A stretch of DNA of 63,624 nucleotides, filler included, from Thermodesulfobacteriota bacterium (GTDB lineage Bacteria; DASVDK01): assembly GCA_036381125.1 (NCBI GenBank). It is 4 parts of 4 records of this genome, joined end to end, with 100 filler letters (N's around TTAATTAATTAA, not from the genome) between each part and the next. Parts side by side here need not be neighbours in the genome. Positions count along the whole stretch, not along the records: positions 19,126 to 50,918 come from DASVDK010000325.1; positions 51,019 to 54,895 come from DASVDK010000327.1; positions 54,996 to 63,624 come from DASVDK010000330.1; 1 more part is not named here. One strand, given 5' to 3'. Numbering within the stretch: position 1 is the stretch's first letter; each line of letters opens with the position of its first letter. Of this stretch, positions 47,679-56,594 are shown one piece after another. Position numbers and translations under genes: made by a program. Below the pieces are notes generated by a model. It saw only the letters and a list, made by a program, of their open reading frames with translations. It was not told the origin of the DNA and did not search any database.

Positions 47679-48449
47679 TCACCATCCATGTCGGAGGCGC
47701 TCGGCGAGCCGCCGATCGAGCCCGGACCGCTCGATGGCCGCCGCGCACGCCTCGATGTCGTACGCCACCCGCTCGATCCGCACGGTGGCCGTGGTGTCGT
47801 CGTAGATCGCGAACGGCGCCGTCGTCAGCCCGTCACGCGGCTGGCCGACTCCCCCCGGGTTCACCAGGTAGCGCCCCGGTGCCGCGAGGTCCAACGTCAC
47901 GGCCTGCCCGCCGCCGGTCCCGGCGCCGCGGGAGGACCAGACGACCGTCACGCGGCCCTCGTGCTCGCGGAAGACGATCGGCAGATGCGTGTGGCCGAAG
48001 AAGACCACGCGCGCCCGGGGCAGGCGGGCCGCCGCCTCCTCGAACTCCTCCACCGCCTCCGAGACGGACAGGACGTACCGGTCGCGGTGGGACGGTGCGC
48101 CGTGGACGCCGACGGCGTCGCGGCCGATCGCCACCTGGCCGGGGAGCGCCCCCAGGTACCGGCGGTGCTCCGGGGCGAGAACGCGGCGGGTCCAGAGGAT
48201 GGCCCCGCGAGCGAGGGAGCTGAACTCCGCCGGCGGCTCGTCGGAGGCCGCCATGGCGTCGTGGTTGCCCTGGACGCAGGGGATGCCCCGGCGCCGCAAC
48301 TCCGCCACGACCTCGTTCGGGTTGGCGTTGTAGCCGACCACGTCGCCGAGACAGACCACCCGGTCTATCCCGAGCGCGTCGATCCGGTCGAAGACCGCGC
48401 GGACGGCCTCGAGGTTGGCGTGCAGGTCGGACACGACGGCGACGCGCAA
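47679..48449 (-). CDS. Metallophosphoesterase (calcineurin-like, YfcE/PPP-related)
   Basis: SDLHAN, LGDVVGY, GNHD, VHGAP, FGHTH, NPGGVGQPRDG; TTG start with AGGAG RBS. Confidence 0.92.
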   Translation of the reverse strand: MRVAVVSDLHANLEAVRAVFDRIDALGIDRVVCLGDVVGYNANPNEVVAELRRRGIPCVQGNHDAMAASDEPPAEFSSLARGAILWTRRVLAPEHRRYLGALPGQVAIGRDAVGVHGAPSHRDRYVLSVSEAVEEFEEAAARLPRARVVFFGHTHLPIVFREHEGRVTVVWSSRGAGTGGGQAVTLDLAAPGRYLVNPGGVGQPRDGLTTAPFAIYDDTTATVRIERVAYDIEACAAAIERSGLDRRLAERLRHGW

Positions 48450-48550
48450 AGGGGGCTCCTGCCCTCCCGCCGGCCTCACGCGAGCGCGCCGGCCTCCGGC
48501 ACACACAAGTTCTCGATTCTAAAGGAGTTTCTCGCGCACCGGTTCGTATG

Positions 48551-48579
48551 CTTGTAGCCCAGCGGGGGCCGAAAGTCAA
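48551..48579 (-). promoter_or_regulatory. Putative promoter of the phosphoesterase-archease pair
   Basis: Minus strand TTGACT, 17 nt, TACAAG, followed by an AT-richer leader. Confidence 0.4.
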
Positions 48580-48659
48580 GGTGCGGAGCCCCTGCCCGGC
48601 ATCGTCCGACCCCCCGGGCCGGCCGGCCCGGCCGGCGCCTCGCCCCACCGGGATCCGCC

Positions 48660-49877
48660 CTAGCCGAGAAGGAGCACTCCGGCGGCGGTGGTCAGGAGGG
48701 TCACCGGGACCCCGACCCTGAGGTACTCGGTGAACGTCACGCGCGGCGCGCCGTGGGCGCGGGCCTGCTCGACCACGATGAGGTTGGCGACCGAGCCGAT
48801 GAGAGTGAGGTTGCCGGCGAAGGTCGAGGCCATGGCGAGGAGGCGCCAGGCCGCGTCCGGGTCGCCGAACGTCGGCACGACCGATCGGAAGAGGAGCACG
48901 GCCGGCACGTTGCTGACGACGTTCGACAGGGCGAGCGCCACCGCGGAGAGCGTCCAGGGGCCCTCGAGCCGCGCCGGCCCGAGCAGCTCGAAGCCGCGCG
49001 CGACCAGGCCCGACCCCTCCAGGCCGGCCAGCACCACGAAGAGCCCGGCGAAGAGGACCAGCAGCGCCCAGTCGACCTGCCGGTAGATCTTGAGCGGCCG
49101 AACCCGGGCCGCGACGAGGAGCACCGCCCCCGCCACCACGGCCGCCACGGCGATCGAGGCGCCGGCCAGGAACGCGAGGAGCAGGCCCGCCGTCACGACG
49201 AGGGCGACCCGCAGGAGGCGCGGGTGGACGCGGGGGGCGATCGCATCCGCCGTCCCGGACGGCGCCGGCGCCTCCGGACGGCGGAACAGGACGCGACGAT
49301 AGACGACGCCGATGACGAGCACGTCGAGCACGAGCCCGGCGAGGGCGACCGGCACGAGGTGCCGTGCGAAGTCGAGGTACGGCATCCGGGAGAAGGACCC
49401 GATCAGCATGTTCTGCGGGTTGCCGGTGAGGGTGGCGGCCGAGCCGATGTTCGAGGCGGTGGCGAGGGCGATGAGGTACGGGACCGGGTCGAGCGCGAGA
49501 GGCCGGAGCACCCCCACGACGATCGGCGTGAGGACCAGGCAGACGACGTCGTTCACGAAGAGCGCCGACAGGACGCCCGAGACCCCGACGGTCGCCACGA
49601 GGAGCACGAAGGGGTGCTTCGCGCGCTCGAGCGCCCAGAGGCTCACGAGCTCGAAGAAGCCCGCGAGCCTGAGGTGCGCGATGACGAGCATCATGCCGAA
49701 GAGGAGGAAGATCGTGGGCGCGTCGACGGCCCTCGCCGCGCGATCGAGGTCGACCGCCCCGGTGACGAACATGAGGGCGGCGCCGACGACCACGATCCCG
49801 GCGCGGTCGAGGCGTGTCCGCGGGACCCGACCGAGCGCCAGGCCGAGGTACGTGAGGCCGAAGACGATCAGCGTCAG
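48660..49877 (-). CDS. ArsB/NhaD/CitMHS-type anion transporter (start codon uncertain)
   Basis: LFGMM, LSALFVND, SNIGSAATLTGNPQN, SNVVSNVPA, STFAGNLTLIGSVANLIV. Family-like N-terminal TM (LIVFGLTYLGLALGR..RLDRAG) lies upstream of the first GTG (49793); CTG 49877 used provisionally. Confidence 0.85.
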   Translation of the reverse strand: MTLIVFGLTYLGLALGRVPRTRLDRAGIVVVGAALMFVTGAVDLDRAARAVDAPTIFLLFGMMLVIAHLRLAGFFELVSLWALERAKHPFVLLVATVGVSGVLSALFVNDVVCLVLTPIVVGVLRPLALDPVPYLIALATASNIGSAATLTGNPQNMLIGSFSRMPYLDFARHLVPVALAGLVLDVLVIGVVYRRVLFRRPEAPAPSGTADAIAPRVHPRLLRVALVVTAGLLLAFLAGASIAVAAVVAGAVLLVAARVRPLKIYRQVDWALLVLFAGLFVVLAGLEGSGLVARGFELLGPARLEGPWTLSAVALALSNVVSNVPAVLLFRSVVPTFGDPDAAWRLLAMASTFAGNLTLIGSVANLIVVEQARAHGAPRVTFTEYLRVGVPVTLLTTAAGVLLLG

Positions 49878-49914
49878 GGCGGTGCGGATGGGCGTGGCGT
49901 CCGGAAGCGCGAGG

Positions 49915-50514
49915 CTAGCCCGCCTTCTGGCCGAGCTTGCGTTCGGTGCCGGCCAGGAGACGGCGGATGTTCTCGCGGTGCCGCCAGACGACGAGCACCG
50001 CCATGAGCGTGACGAACTGGAAGCGGTTGGGGGTGAGGTCCCGCGGGTAGGCGAAGAAGGCCGCGACGGGGAGCACGGCCGCGGTCACGAGGGCGCCGAG
50101 CGACGTGTATCGGCTCAGCGCCACGACCGGGACGTAGACGAGGAGCCCCAGGAGGGCCATCCACGGCGTGAGGGCCGAGAGGACGCCGAGGGAGGCGGCC
50201 ACCGCCTTGCCCCCGCCGAAGCCGAGGAAGACGCTGTAGGAGGCGCCCACCAGCGCCGCGAGCCCGGCGCCGATCTCCCACGGCTCGCCCACGGCCAGGT
50301 ACTTGGCCGCCAGGACCGGGACGAACCCCTTCAGGAAGTCGCCCGCCAGCGTGAGGCCGCCCGCCGTCTTGCCGAGGGTCCGCAAGACGTTGGCCGTGCC
50401 GATGTTGCCGCTGCCCACCGCCCGCACGTCCACGCCGTAGGCGCGGCCGACGAGGACCCCCACGGGGATGGACCCGACGAGGTAGGCGCCGACGAGGACC
50501 AGGACCCCGATCAC
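49915..50514 (-). CDS. plsY: Glycerol-3-phosphate acyltransferase PlsY
   Basis: AYLVGSIP, GSGNIGTANVLR, DFLKG, F.GGKAVA, RYTSL, RHRENIRRL..GTE. Confidence 0.95.
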   Translation of the reverse strand: MIGVLVLVGAYLVGSIPVGVLVGRAYGVDVRAVGSGNIGTANVLRTLGKTAGGLTLAGDFLKGFVPVLAAKYLAVGEPWEIGAGLAALVGASYSVFLGFGGGKAVAASLGVLSALTPWMALLGLLVYVPVVALSRYTSLGALVTAAVLPVAAFFAYPRDLTPNRFQFVTLMAVLVVWRHRENIRRLLAGTERKLGQKAG

Positions 50515-50918
50515 CGCCGCGACTCGTCGAAGAGGAACGAGTAGCGGCGTACGTAGTCGACGCCGCTCCAGACCGTGAGGACGACGGCGACCCAGACGGC
50601 GGGCGTGGCGATCGGCTCGAGGCTGAGGATGAGCGCGATCGCGGCGACGATCTGCGCCACCATCTTCCACTTGCCCAGCGTGTCGGCCGGCACGACGAGC
50701 CCCTCGGCCGCCGCCATGGCCCGAAGGCCGGTCACGGCCAGCTCGCGGGCGACGATGAGGATGACGATCCACGCGGCGACCCGCCCCAGCTCCACGAGCG
50801 TGATGAAGACGGCCGCGATGAGGAGCTTGTCGGCCATGGGGTCGAGCAGCTTGCCGAGGCGGGAGACCTCGTTGCGCGAGCGGGAGAGGTAGCCGTCCAG
50901 GTAGTCGGTGACCGACGC
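50511..50918 (-). CDS. pgsA: CDP-diacylglycerol--glycerol-3-phosphate phosphatidyltransferase (5' truncated)
   Basis: TDYLDGYLSR....S.LGKLLDPMADK (CDP-alcohol motif), RELAVTGLR, GKWKM. Confidence 0.92.
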   Translation of the reverse strand, partial: ASVTDYLDGYLSRSRNEVSRLGKLLDPMADKLLIAAVFITLVELGRVAAWIVILIVARELAVTGLRAMAAAEGLVVPADTLGKWKMVAQIVAAIALILSLEPIATPAVWVAVVLTVWSGVDYVRRYSFLFDESRR

Positions 50919-51018
50919 NNNNNNNNNNNNNNNNNNNNNNNNNNNNNNNNNNNNNNNNNNNNTTAATTAATTAANNNNNNNNNNNNNNNNNNNNNNNNNN
51001 NNNNNNNNNNNNNNNNNN
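50919..51018. other. Artificial contig linker
   Basis: N run with TTAATTAATTAA. Confidence 0.99.
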
Positions 51019-52734
51019 GTAGGCGTCGCCGAGGTGCTCGACGATGACCGGGTCGTCGGGGACGAGGCCCACGGCGCGCTCGAGCAGCTCGACCGCCCGG
51101 GCGTACTCGCCCTTCTGGTAATACACCCAGCCGAGACTGTCGGTGATGAAGCCGTCATCCGGCTTCTCCGCGAGGGCGCGCTTGATGTAGGCCTCGGCCT
51201 CGTCGAGCCGGATGCCCGCCTCGGCCCAGGTGTACCCCACGAAGTTCAGCGCGTCGGCATGGCGGGGGTTCCTCGCGAGGATCCGCTGCATCGTCTCGAT
51301 CCCGCGCTCGCGCTGGCCCCCCTTCTCGTAGACGACGCCGAGCGCGTAGAGGATCCGCTCGTCGTCCGGCGCGCTCGCCAGCGCCCCCTCGAGCACGCGT
51401 GCCGCCTCGGCGTAACGCTTCTGGTCCTCGTAGAGGGTGGCCAGGAGCGTCCGGAGCTCCACGTGATCCGGGCGCACCGCCAGGCCCTCGTGCGCCGCCG
51501 CCTCCGCCGCCGCCGTCTCGCCCCGCCGCTCGAGCAGGTAGGCGAGGTACGCGCGGCTGTCGGCGAACGCCTCCGAGGTCGGCGGGACCTGGCGGAACTG
51601 GGCCTCGGCGGCCGACTCGGCCTTGCGCTCGGCCTCGACCACCCCGAGGTAGTAGTGCGCCCGGCCGTAGTCGGGCGCCGGCTGCCCCTCGGGCACCCGC
51701 GTCGCCAGGGCGAGCGAGAACTGGGCGGCCGCGTCGTCGAGGCGCCGCTGCTCGAAGAGGATCAGGCCCATCTTCAGGCGAACGTCGAAGGAGTCGCCGA
51801 GGAAGCGCAGCTCGGCGAGCGCGTCGTCGAGCTGGTTCTCCCGGATGTAGAGCTGCGAGAGGCGCAGGCGCGCCCGCGTGTTGTTCGGGTTCGCCTCGAG
51901 GACCTCCCGGTACTCCTGCTCGGCCTTGAGCGGCTCTCGAAGCGCCTCGTACACCTGCGCGAGGTCGAGGCGCGCCGACTCGAGCGTGGGGCTCAGGGCC
52001 AGCGTCTGCAGGTAGGCCTCGGCGGCGCCGGGGTAGTTCTTCCGCTCGGCCCGCACGCGCCCCAGGTAGAGATGGCCGAGCACCGACTCCGGCTGCCGGC
52101 GCACGAGCGCGGCCAGGACCTCCTCGGCCTCGGCGAGACGGCCCTGCTCGGCAAGCAGGGTGCCGAGGTAGAGGGCCGGCTCCTCCCGATCGGGGTCCCG
52201 GGCGAGGATGCGACGGTAGGCCTTCACCGCCTCGTCGGTCTCCCCCGAGACGGCCTTGACGTTGGCCACGATGGCGAGCGCGTCGAGGTTCTCCGGGTCG
52301 CGCGCGAGCGCGGCCTCGGCATGGGTCCGCGCGGCCGCCACGTCGCCGCGCCGGACGAGGATCTGGGCGAGGCCCACGCGCAGGGCGACCGACCCGCCGT
52401 CGGCCTCCACGGCGCGCTCCATGGCGGCGCCCGCCGTGACGAGATCGCCTCGCTTGAGGGCGAGCTGGGCGACGAGGAAGAAGTACTGCGCCCGCGCGTC
52501 CTCGGAGCCGGGGTCGATGGAGCTGCCCGCGCGCGCCCGAAGCACCGGGCGCCGGGCGCCCGGCTCCGCCGGCGTCCCCGTCTCGGTGGGCCGGGTCGCC
52601 TGCCCGGGAGCCCGGGCCTTCTCCCCCGATGTCTGCGGGGTCGCGGCCCCTGTGGCCCTCGTCACGGCACAGCCGGACGCCAGCGGGACGAGGAGGAGAA
52701 ATGCAAGCGCTGACAACGTGTTACGAGCTATCAC
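51019..52734 (-). CDS. Tetratricopeptide-repeat lipoprotein (3' truncated)
   Basis: Lipobox LASGC; many TPRs; C-terminal ALNFVGY..AE, FITDSLGWVYY, EHLGDAY. Confidence 0.88.
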
Positions 52735-52810
52735 ACGCCCCCCGCCCGAGCCGCCCCATGCCCTCGGGGCGCAAGGTGCCCGAAACCCTACCACCCCCCC
52801 GCTCGGCCCG

Positions 52811-53578
52811 TCAATCAGCCCGCCGGAGGTGCAGGAAGACCTCCCGGTTGCCCCTGGGGCCGGGGAGCCGGCTCTCCGCCTCGCCCACCACCTCGAAGCC
52901 GGCGGCGCGGGCCGCCCGGGCGACCGCATCGACGGCGGCACGCCGCAGCGCCGGGTCGCGGACGACCCCGCCCTTGCCCACCGCCCCGGGCCCTACCTCG
53001 AACTGCGGCTTCACAAGGGCCAGGAGGTCGCCGCCCGGGCGGAGGAAGGCCCGGACGGCGGGCAGGACTTTCTCGAGAGAGATGAACGAGACGTCGACAG
53101 TCGCCAGGTCGATCGGCTCGGGCACGGCGTCGGGGGGGAGTCGGTTGATGTGCCGGCCCTCGAGGGCGACGACGCGCGGGTCGGTCCTGAGCCGCCAGGC
53201 GAGTTGCGCGCGGCCCACGTCGACCGCGTACACCCGGCGCGCCCCGGCCTGGAGCAGGCAGTCGGTGAAGCCGCCGGTCGAGGCGCCGACGTCGAGCGCC
53301 ACGCGGCCCGCCACCGGGACGCGGAGGTCCTCGAGCGCCCCTTCGAGCTTGAGCCCTCCCCGCGAGACGTACTTCAGTGCCGCCCGGCCGACCAGGGAGA
53401 CCTCGGCGTCGGCGGGGACGAGCGTGCCGGCCTTGTCGGCCGGCTGGCCCGACACCCGCACCTCGCCGGCGAGGATGAGCGCCTGGGCCTTGCTGCGCGT
53501 CGGGGCCAGTCCCCGCTCGACGAGCAGGGCGTCGAGCCGGGTGCGCCTAGCGGGGCGGGATGAGTCGGAGCGCGCCAC
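52811..53578 (-). CDS. tlyA: TlyA-family rRNA methyltransferase
   Basis: S4 domain (RLDALLVERGL), YVSRGGLKL, LDVGASTGGFTD, DVSFISL, LVKPQFE, GN.E; follows dxs. Confidence 0.96.
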   Translation of the reverse strand: MARSDSSRPARRTRLDALLVERGLAPTRSKAQALILAGEVRVSGQPADKAGTLVPADAEVSLVGRAALKYVSRGGLKLEGALEDLRVPVAGRVALDVGASTGGFTDCLLQAGARRVYAVDVGRAQLAWRLRTDPRVVALEGRHINRLPPDAVPEPIDLATVDVSFISLEKVLPAVRAFLRPGGDLLALVKPQFEVGPGAVGKGGVVRDPALRRAAVDAVARAARAAGFEVVGEAESRLPGPRGNREVFLHLRRAD

Positions 53579-54895
53579 GGCCTGCGGCCGGACGGGCGGG
53601 GGCGGCCACCAGGGCGCGGGCGGCCCGCTCGATGCCCGCCGCGTCGATGCCGACCTCGGCCCGCTGCTCCTCCTGCGTGCCGTGCTCGATGAACCGGTCG
53701 GGCACCCCGAGGCGCACGACCGCGACCTCGCCGGCGAGCCCGAGGTCGCCGAGCGCCTCGAGGACGGCCGTGCCGAAGCCGCCGGTTCGCACGTGGTCCT
53801 CGACCGTGAGCAGACGCCCGGTGCGGCGCGCCACCCGCTCGAGCGTGGCCAGGTCGAGCGGCTTCACGAAGCGCGCGTTCACCACCGTGGCGCGGATGCC
53901 GTCCGCCGCGAGCCGCGAGGCGGCGACGAGCGCCTCGGACACCGACTGCCCGATGGCGACGACGGCGAGGTCGTCCCCCTCGACCAGCACCTCCGCCTCC
54001 CCCACCGGGATCGGACTCGGCTCCTCGTCGAGCGGCACGCCGAGCCCCTTGCCGCGCGGGTAGCGCACCGACGCGGGCCCGCCGAGGTCGACCGCCGTCC
54101 GCAGCATGCGGCCGAGCTCGTTCTCGTCCTTCGGCGCCATGACGACGAGGTTGGGGACGATGCGCAGGTACCCGTAGTCGAAGACGCCGTGGTGCGTCGC
54201 GCCGTCGGCTCCCACGAGCCCGCCCCGGTCGAGGGCGAAGGTGACCGGCAGCCGCTGGATCGCCACGTCGTGGATGATCTGATCGTACGCGCGCTGCAGG
54301 AACGTGGAGTAGATGGCCGCGACCGGCCGCATCCCCTCGGCCGCCAGCCCGGCCGCGAAGCAGACCGCGTGCTGCTCCGCGATGCCGACGTCGAAGCACC
54401 GGTTCGGGAACTGCACCTGGAACCGGTCGAGGCCGGTGCCGTCCGGCATGGCCGCCGTGATCGCGACGATGCGCGGGTCCCGGCGGGCGAGCGCGACGAG
54501 GTGGTGGACGAAGGCCTGCGTGTAGGTGAGGACCGGCGGCCGCGCCGGCCCGGGCGAGGCGGCGGGCGCCGGGTCGGTCTTCTTCGGGGCGTCGAAGCCG
54601 GCCGCGACGCCGTGGTACTTGATGGGATCGCCCTCGGCCGCGGCGAACCCCTTCCCCTTCTTGGTGATCACGTGGACGAGCACCGGCTCGCGCAGCGCCT
54701 TCACGTTCTGCAGGGTGTCGATCAGCGCCGCGTAGTCGTGCCCGGGGACCGGCCCGAGGTACTTGAACCCCAGCTCCTCGAAGAGCGTGCCCGGCCCCAC
54801 GAGCCCCTTGGCCGCCTCCTCCGTCTTCTTGGCGAGGCGAGCCACCTGGTCGCCGACCGCCGGGAGGTTCTTGAGGAAGTCGCCCACCGTGTCGC
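53547..54895 (-). CDS. dxs: 1-deoxy-D-xylulose-5-phosphate synthase (5' truncated)
   Basis: FEELGFKYLGPV.GHD, TKKGKG, FDVGIAEQHAV, YSTFLQRAYDQIIHD, DRGGLVGADGATHHG, RYPRG, ARFVKPLD. Confidence 0.98.
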
Positions 54896-54995
54896 NNNNN
54901 NNNNNNNNNNNNNNNNNNNNNNNNNNNNNNNNNNNNNNNTTAATTAATTAANNNNNNNNNNNNNNNNNNNNNNNNNNNNNNNNNNNNNNNNNNNN
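54896..54995. other. Artificial contig linker
   Basis: N run with TTAATTAATTAA. Confidence 0.99.
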
Positions 54996-54996
54996 G

Positions 54997-55173
54997 GCCG
55001 CACGCTCGCGCCTCGAGTCGCTCGAGGCGACGCTCGGGCCGGCCCGTCTCGTCTGGCTCCCGATGCAGGACCGAGGCGGGTACTTGCAGGACCGGCTGAC
55101 GGGCATGAGCCTCCGCAAGGAGTCGCTCGGCTGGGCGCCGGACGGCGCCGGACGCGCCCGCTCGCGCCACTAG
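54997..55173 (+). CDS. C-terminal fragment of an unidentified protein (5' truncated)
   Basis: Open frame from the contig start: AARSRLESLEATLGPARLVWLPMQDRGGYLQDRLTGMSLRKESLGW...RH*. Confidence 0.35.
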   Translation, partial: AARSRLESLEATLGPARLVWLPMQDRGGYLQDRLTGMSLRKESLGWAPDGAGRARSRH

Positions 55174-55223
55174 CCCCATCCAGGGAACACCGCTTGCACC
55201 GCCTCGGCCGCGAGGAGGCACCA

Positions 55224-55910
55224 ATGGGCCACCGGAGCGCAACGGCGCGGGTACTCGAGCAGGCGGCGGAGGTCGGGCAGCAGCTCGGAGCCGCGGCGTG
55301 GTTCGGCGGGCAGCTCTTCGCGACGACCGGGCTTCACCCCGGCGTGCAGGTGCTCGCCGACCGCGGCGAGCGGACGAAGGTGATCGACGAGGCGTGGCGC
55401 CGGTACCGCCCCTACGGGACGGCCGGCCTCTGGCTGGCGAAGGCCTCCACGGCGCTGCGCACGTACCTGCTCGCCCGCGAGCCCGAGGGCGGCCGCCCGA
55501 CCGCCCTCGTGACGCTCAACCTCGCCTGCGCAGCCGGCGCCGTCGCCTCGGCCTCGGCCGCCGCCTATCTCGGCAAGCGGATCGCCGCCGCGTCACCGGA
55601 CGCCGCCACCCCCATCACGACCGCCACCGAGCCCTCCGACGAGACGCCGCCGCGCGCGCAGGAGGCGCAGCGATGGCTCGGCGTGTCGGAGGGGTTCGCC
55701 CTTGCCTTCGGCGTCGGCCTCGTCGTCACGTCGGCGCTCCTCGATCGCGCCGAGCGGGACGACGCCGGGGCGCATGGCGGTCGCCGCGCGGCCGAGCCGC
55801 ACTTCGGCGGCGGCCGGCAGCCGGGGGTTGCCGGCGTGCAGACGCCGGAGACCGCCGTCTCGCCCACGGCCGGCCGCCAGTCGCCCTTCGCGCCCGAGAT
55901 GGTCCGCTAG
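55224..55910 (+). CDS. Hypothetical membrane protein
   Basis: GAGGAGG RBS; G.AAWFGG, ER......AW, ATEPS.ETP....AQR pattern resembles an uncharacterised family I associate with Actinobacteria; several hydrophobic segments. Confidence 0.75.
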   Translation: MGHRSATARVLEQAAEVGQQLGAAAWFGGQLFATTGLHPGVQVLADRGERTKVIDEAWRRYRPYGTAGLWLAKASTALRTYLLAREPEGGRPTALVTLNLACAAGAVASASAAAYLGKRIAAASPDAATPITTATEPSDETPPRAQEAQRWLGVSEGFALAFGVGLVVTSALLDRAERDDAGAHGGRRAAEPHFGGGRQPGVAGVQTPETAVSPTAGRQSPFAPEMVR

Positions 55911-55920
55911 GGCGACTGGC

Positions 55921-56472
55921 TCACGGCCTCTCCTTCGGCGGCACCGCGCCCGACAGCTCGTCCCCTTCCTCCACGTCCGGCTGGTTGCCGAAGCGGCGCC
56001 CCGGCCCGCCGCCGCCGTGCCCCTGCCCCGCGTTCTTCCACTCCCCCTCGCCTCCCTCGGCGCCGCGCGGCTGCGGGTTGGGCTCCCCGCCGCCCCGCCC
56101 CGCGCCGGTGGTGCTCGGGCCGGTCTTGACCGCGCCGCGCTCGGGACCGGGCTCCTCGGGGAGGTCGTCCGGCGGCGCGCCAGGGTCGCGCCGCTCGCCC
56201 CCGCCTGGCGCCGGCTTCCAGCCGGCAGGACGGTCGCGGAAGGTCGGCCAGTCGGGCCGCTCGACATCGGGATGGTCGCGGTCGCCCGGCGTCGGGTCGG
56301 GGAGCCGGCCGATGCCGGCCTTCGCCGCGGTCTTCTCCTGACCCGGCGGCACCGGTCCCGCCGCCTGCTCCTCGGGCGTCTTGCCCGGCACCTGGTCGCT
56401 CGACGGGTCGGGCCGCGAGCCGAATCCGGTCTTCTTCCCGCCCCGGCCCCTGCCCGTCTTCCCTTTCGCCAT
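55921..56472 (-). CDS. Hydrophilic Gly/Pro/charged intrinsically disordered protein
   Basis: GAGAGGAGG RBS before ATG; few hydrophobic residues, no Cys; GC3-biased codons. Confidence 0.65.
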   Translation of the reverse strand: MAKGKTGRGRGGKKTGFGSRPDPSSDQVPGKTPEEQAAGPVPPGQEKTAAKAGIGRLPDPTPGDRDHPDVERPDWPTFRDRPAGWKPAPGGGERRDPGAPPDDLPEEPGPERGAVKTGPSTTGAGRGGGEPNPQPRGAEGGEGEWKNAGQGHGGGGPGRRFGNQPDVEEGDELSGAVPPKERP

Positions 56473-56488
56473 CGCGCCTCCTCTCGTT

Positions 56489-56536
56489 GGGGTCAGGTCT
56501 TTCCATTTTCCAGGGGGTCAGGTCTTTCCATTTTCC
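56489..56536. repeat. Tandem 23-bp direct repeat, REP-like (GGGGTCAGGTCTTTCCATTTTCC x2)
   Basis: Exact copies at 56489-56511 and 56514-56536, separated by AG; AT-richer than the background. Confidence 0.85.
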
Positions 56537-56594
56537 GGCGCGGCGAGTCTCGGGAGCCGACGCCGCCCGGACGACCCGACGCCGCGTCGCTCCG

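Noticed and set aside
52811..53578. tlyA and the HlyC/CorC gene (8979-10316) as hemolysin virulence factors
   Set aside because: The motifs fit an rRNA methyltransferase in the usual dxs-tlyA context and a CNNM-type metal transporter.
56489..56536. 23-bp repeat as a CRISPR array
   Set aside because: Only two copies, 2-nt spacer, no cas genes.
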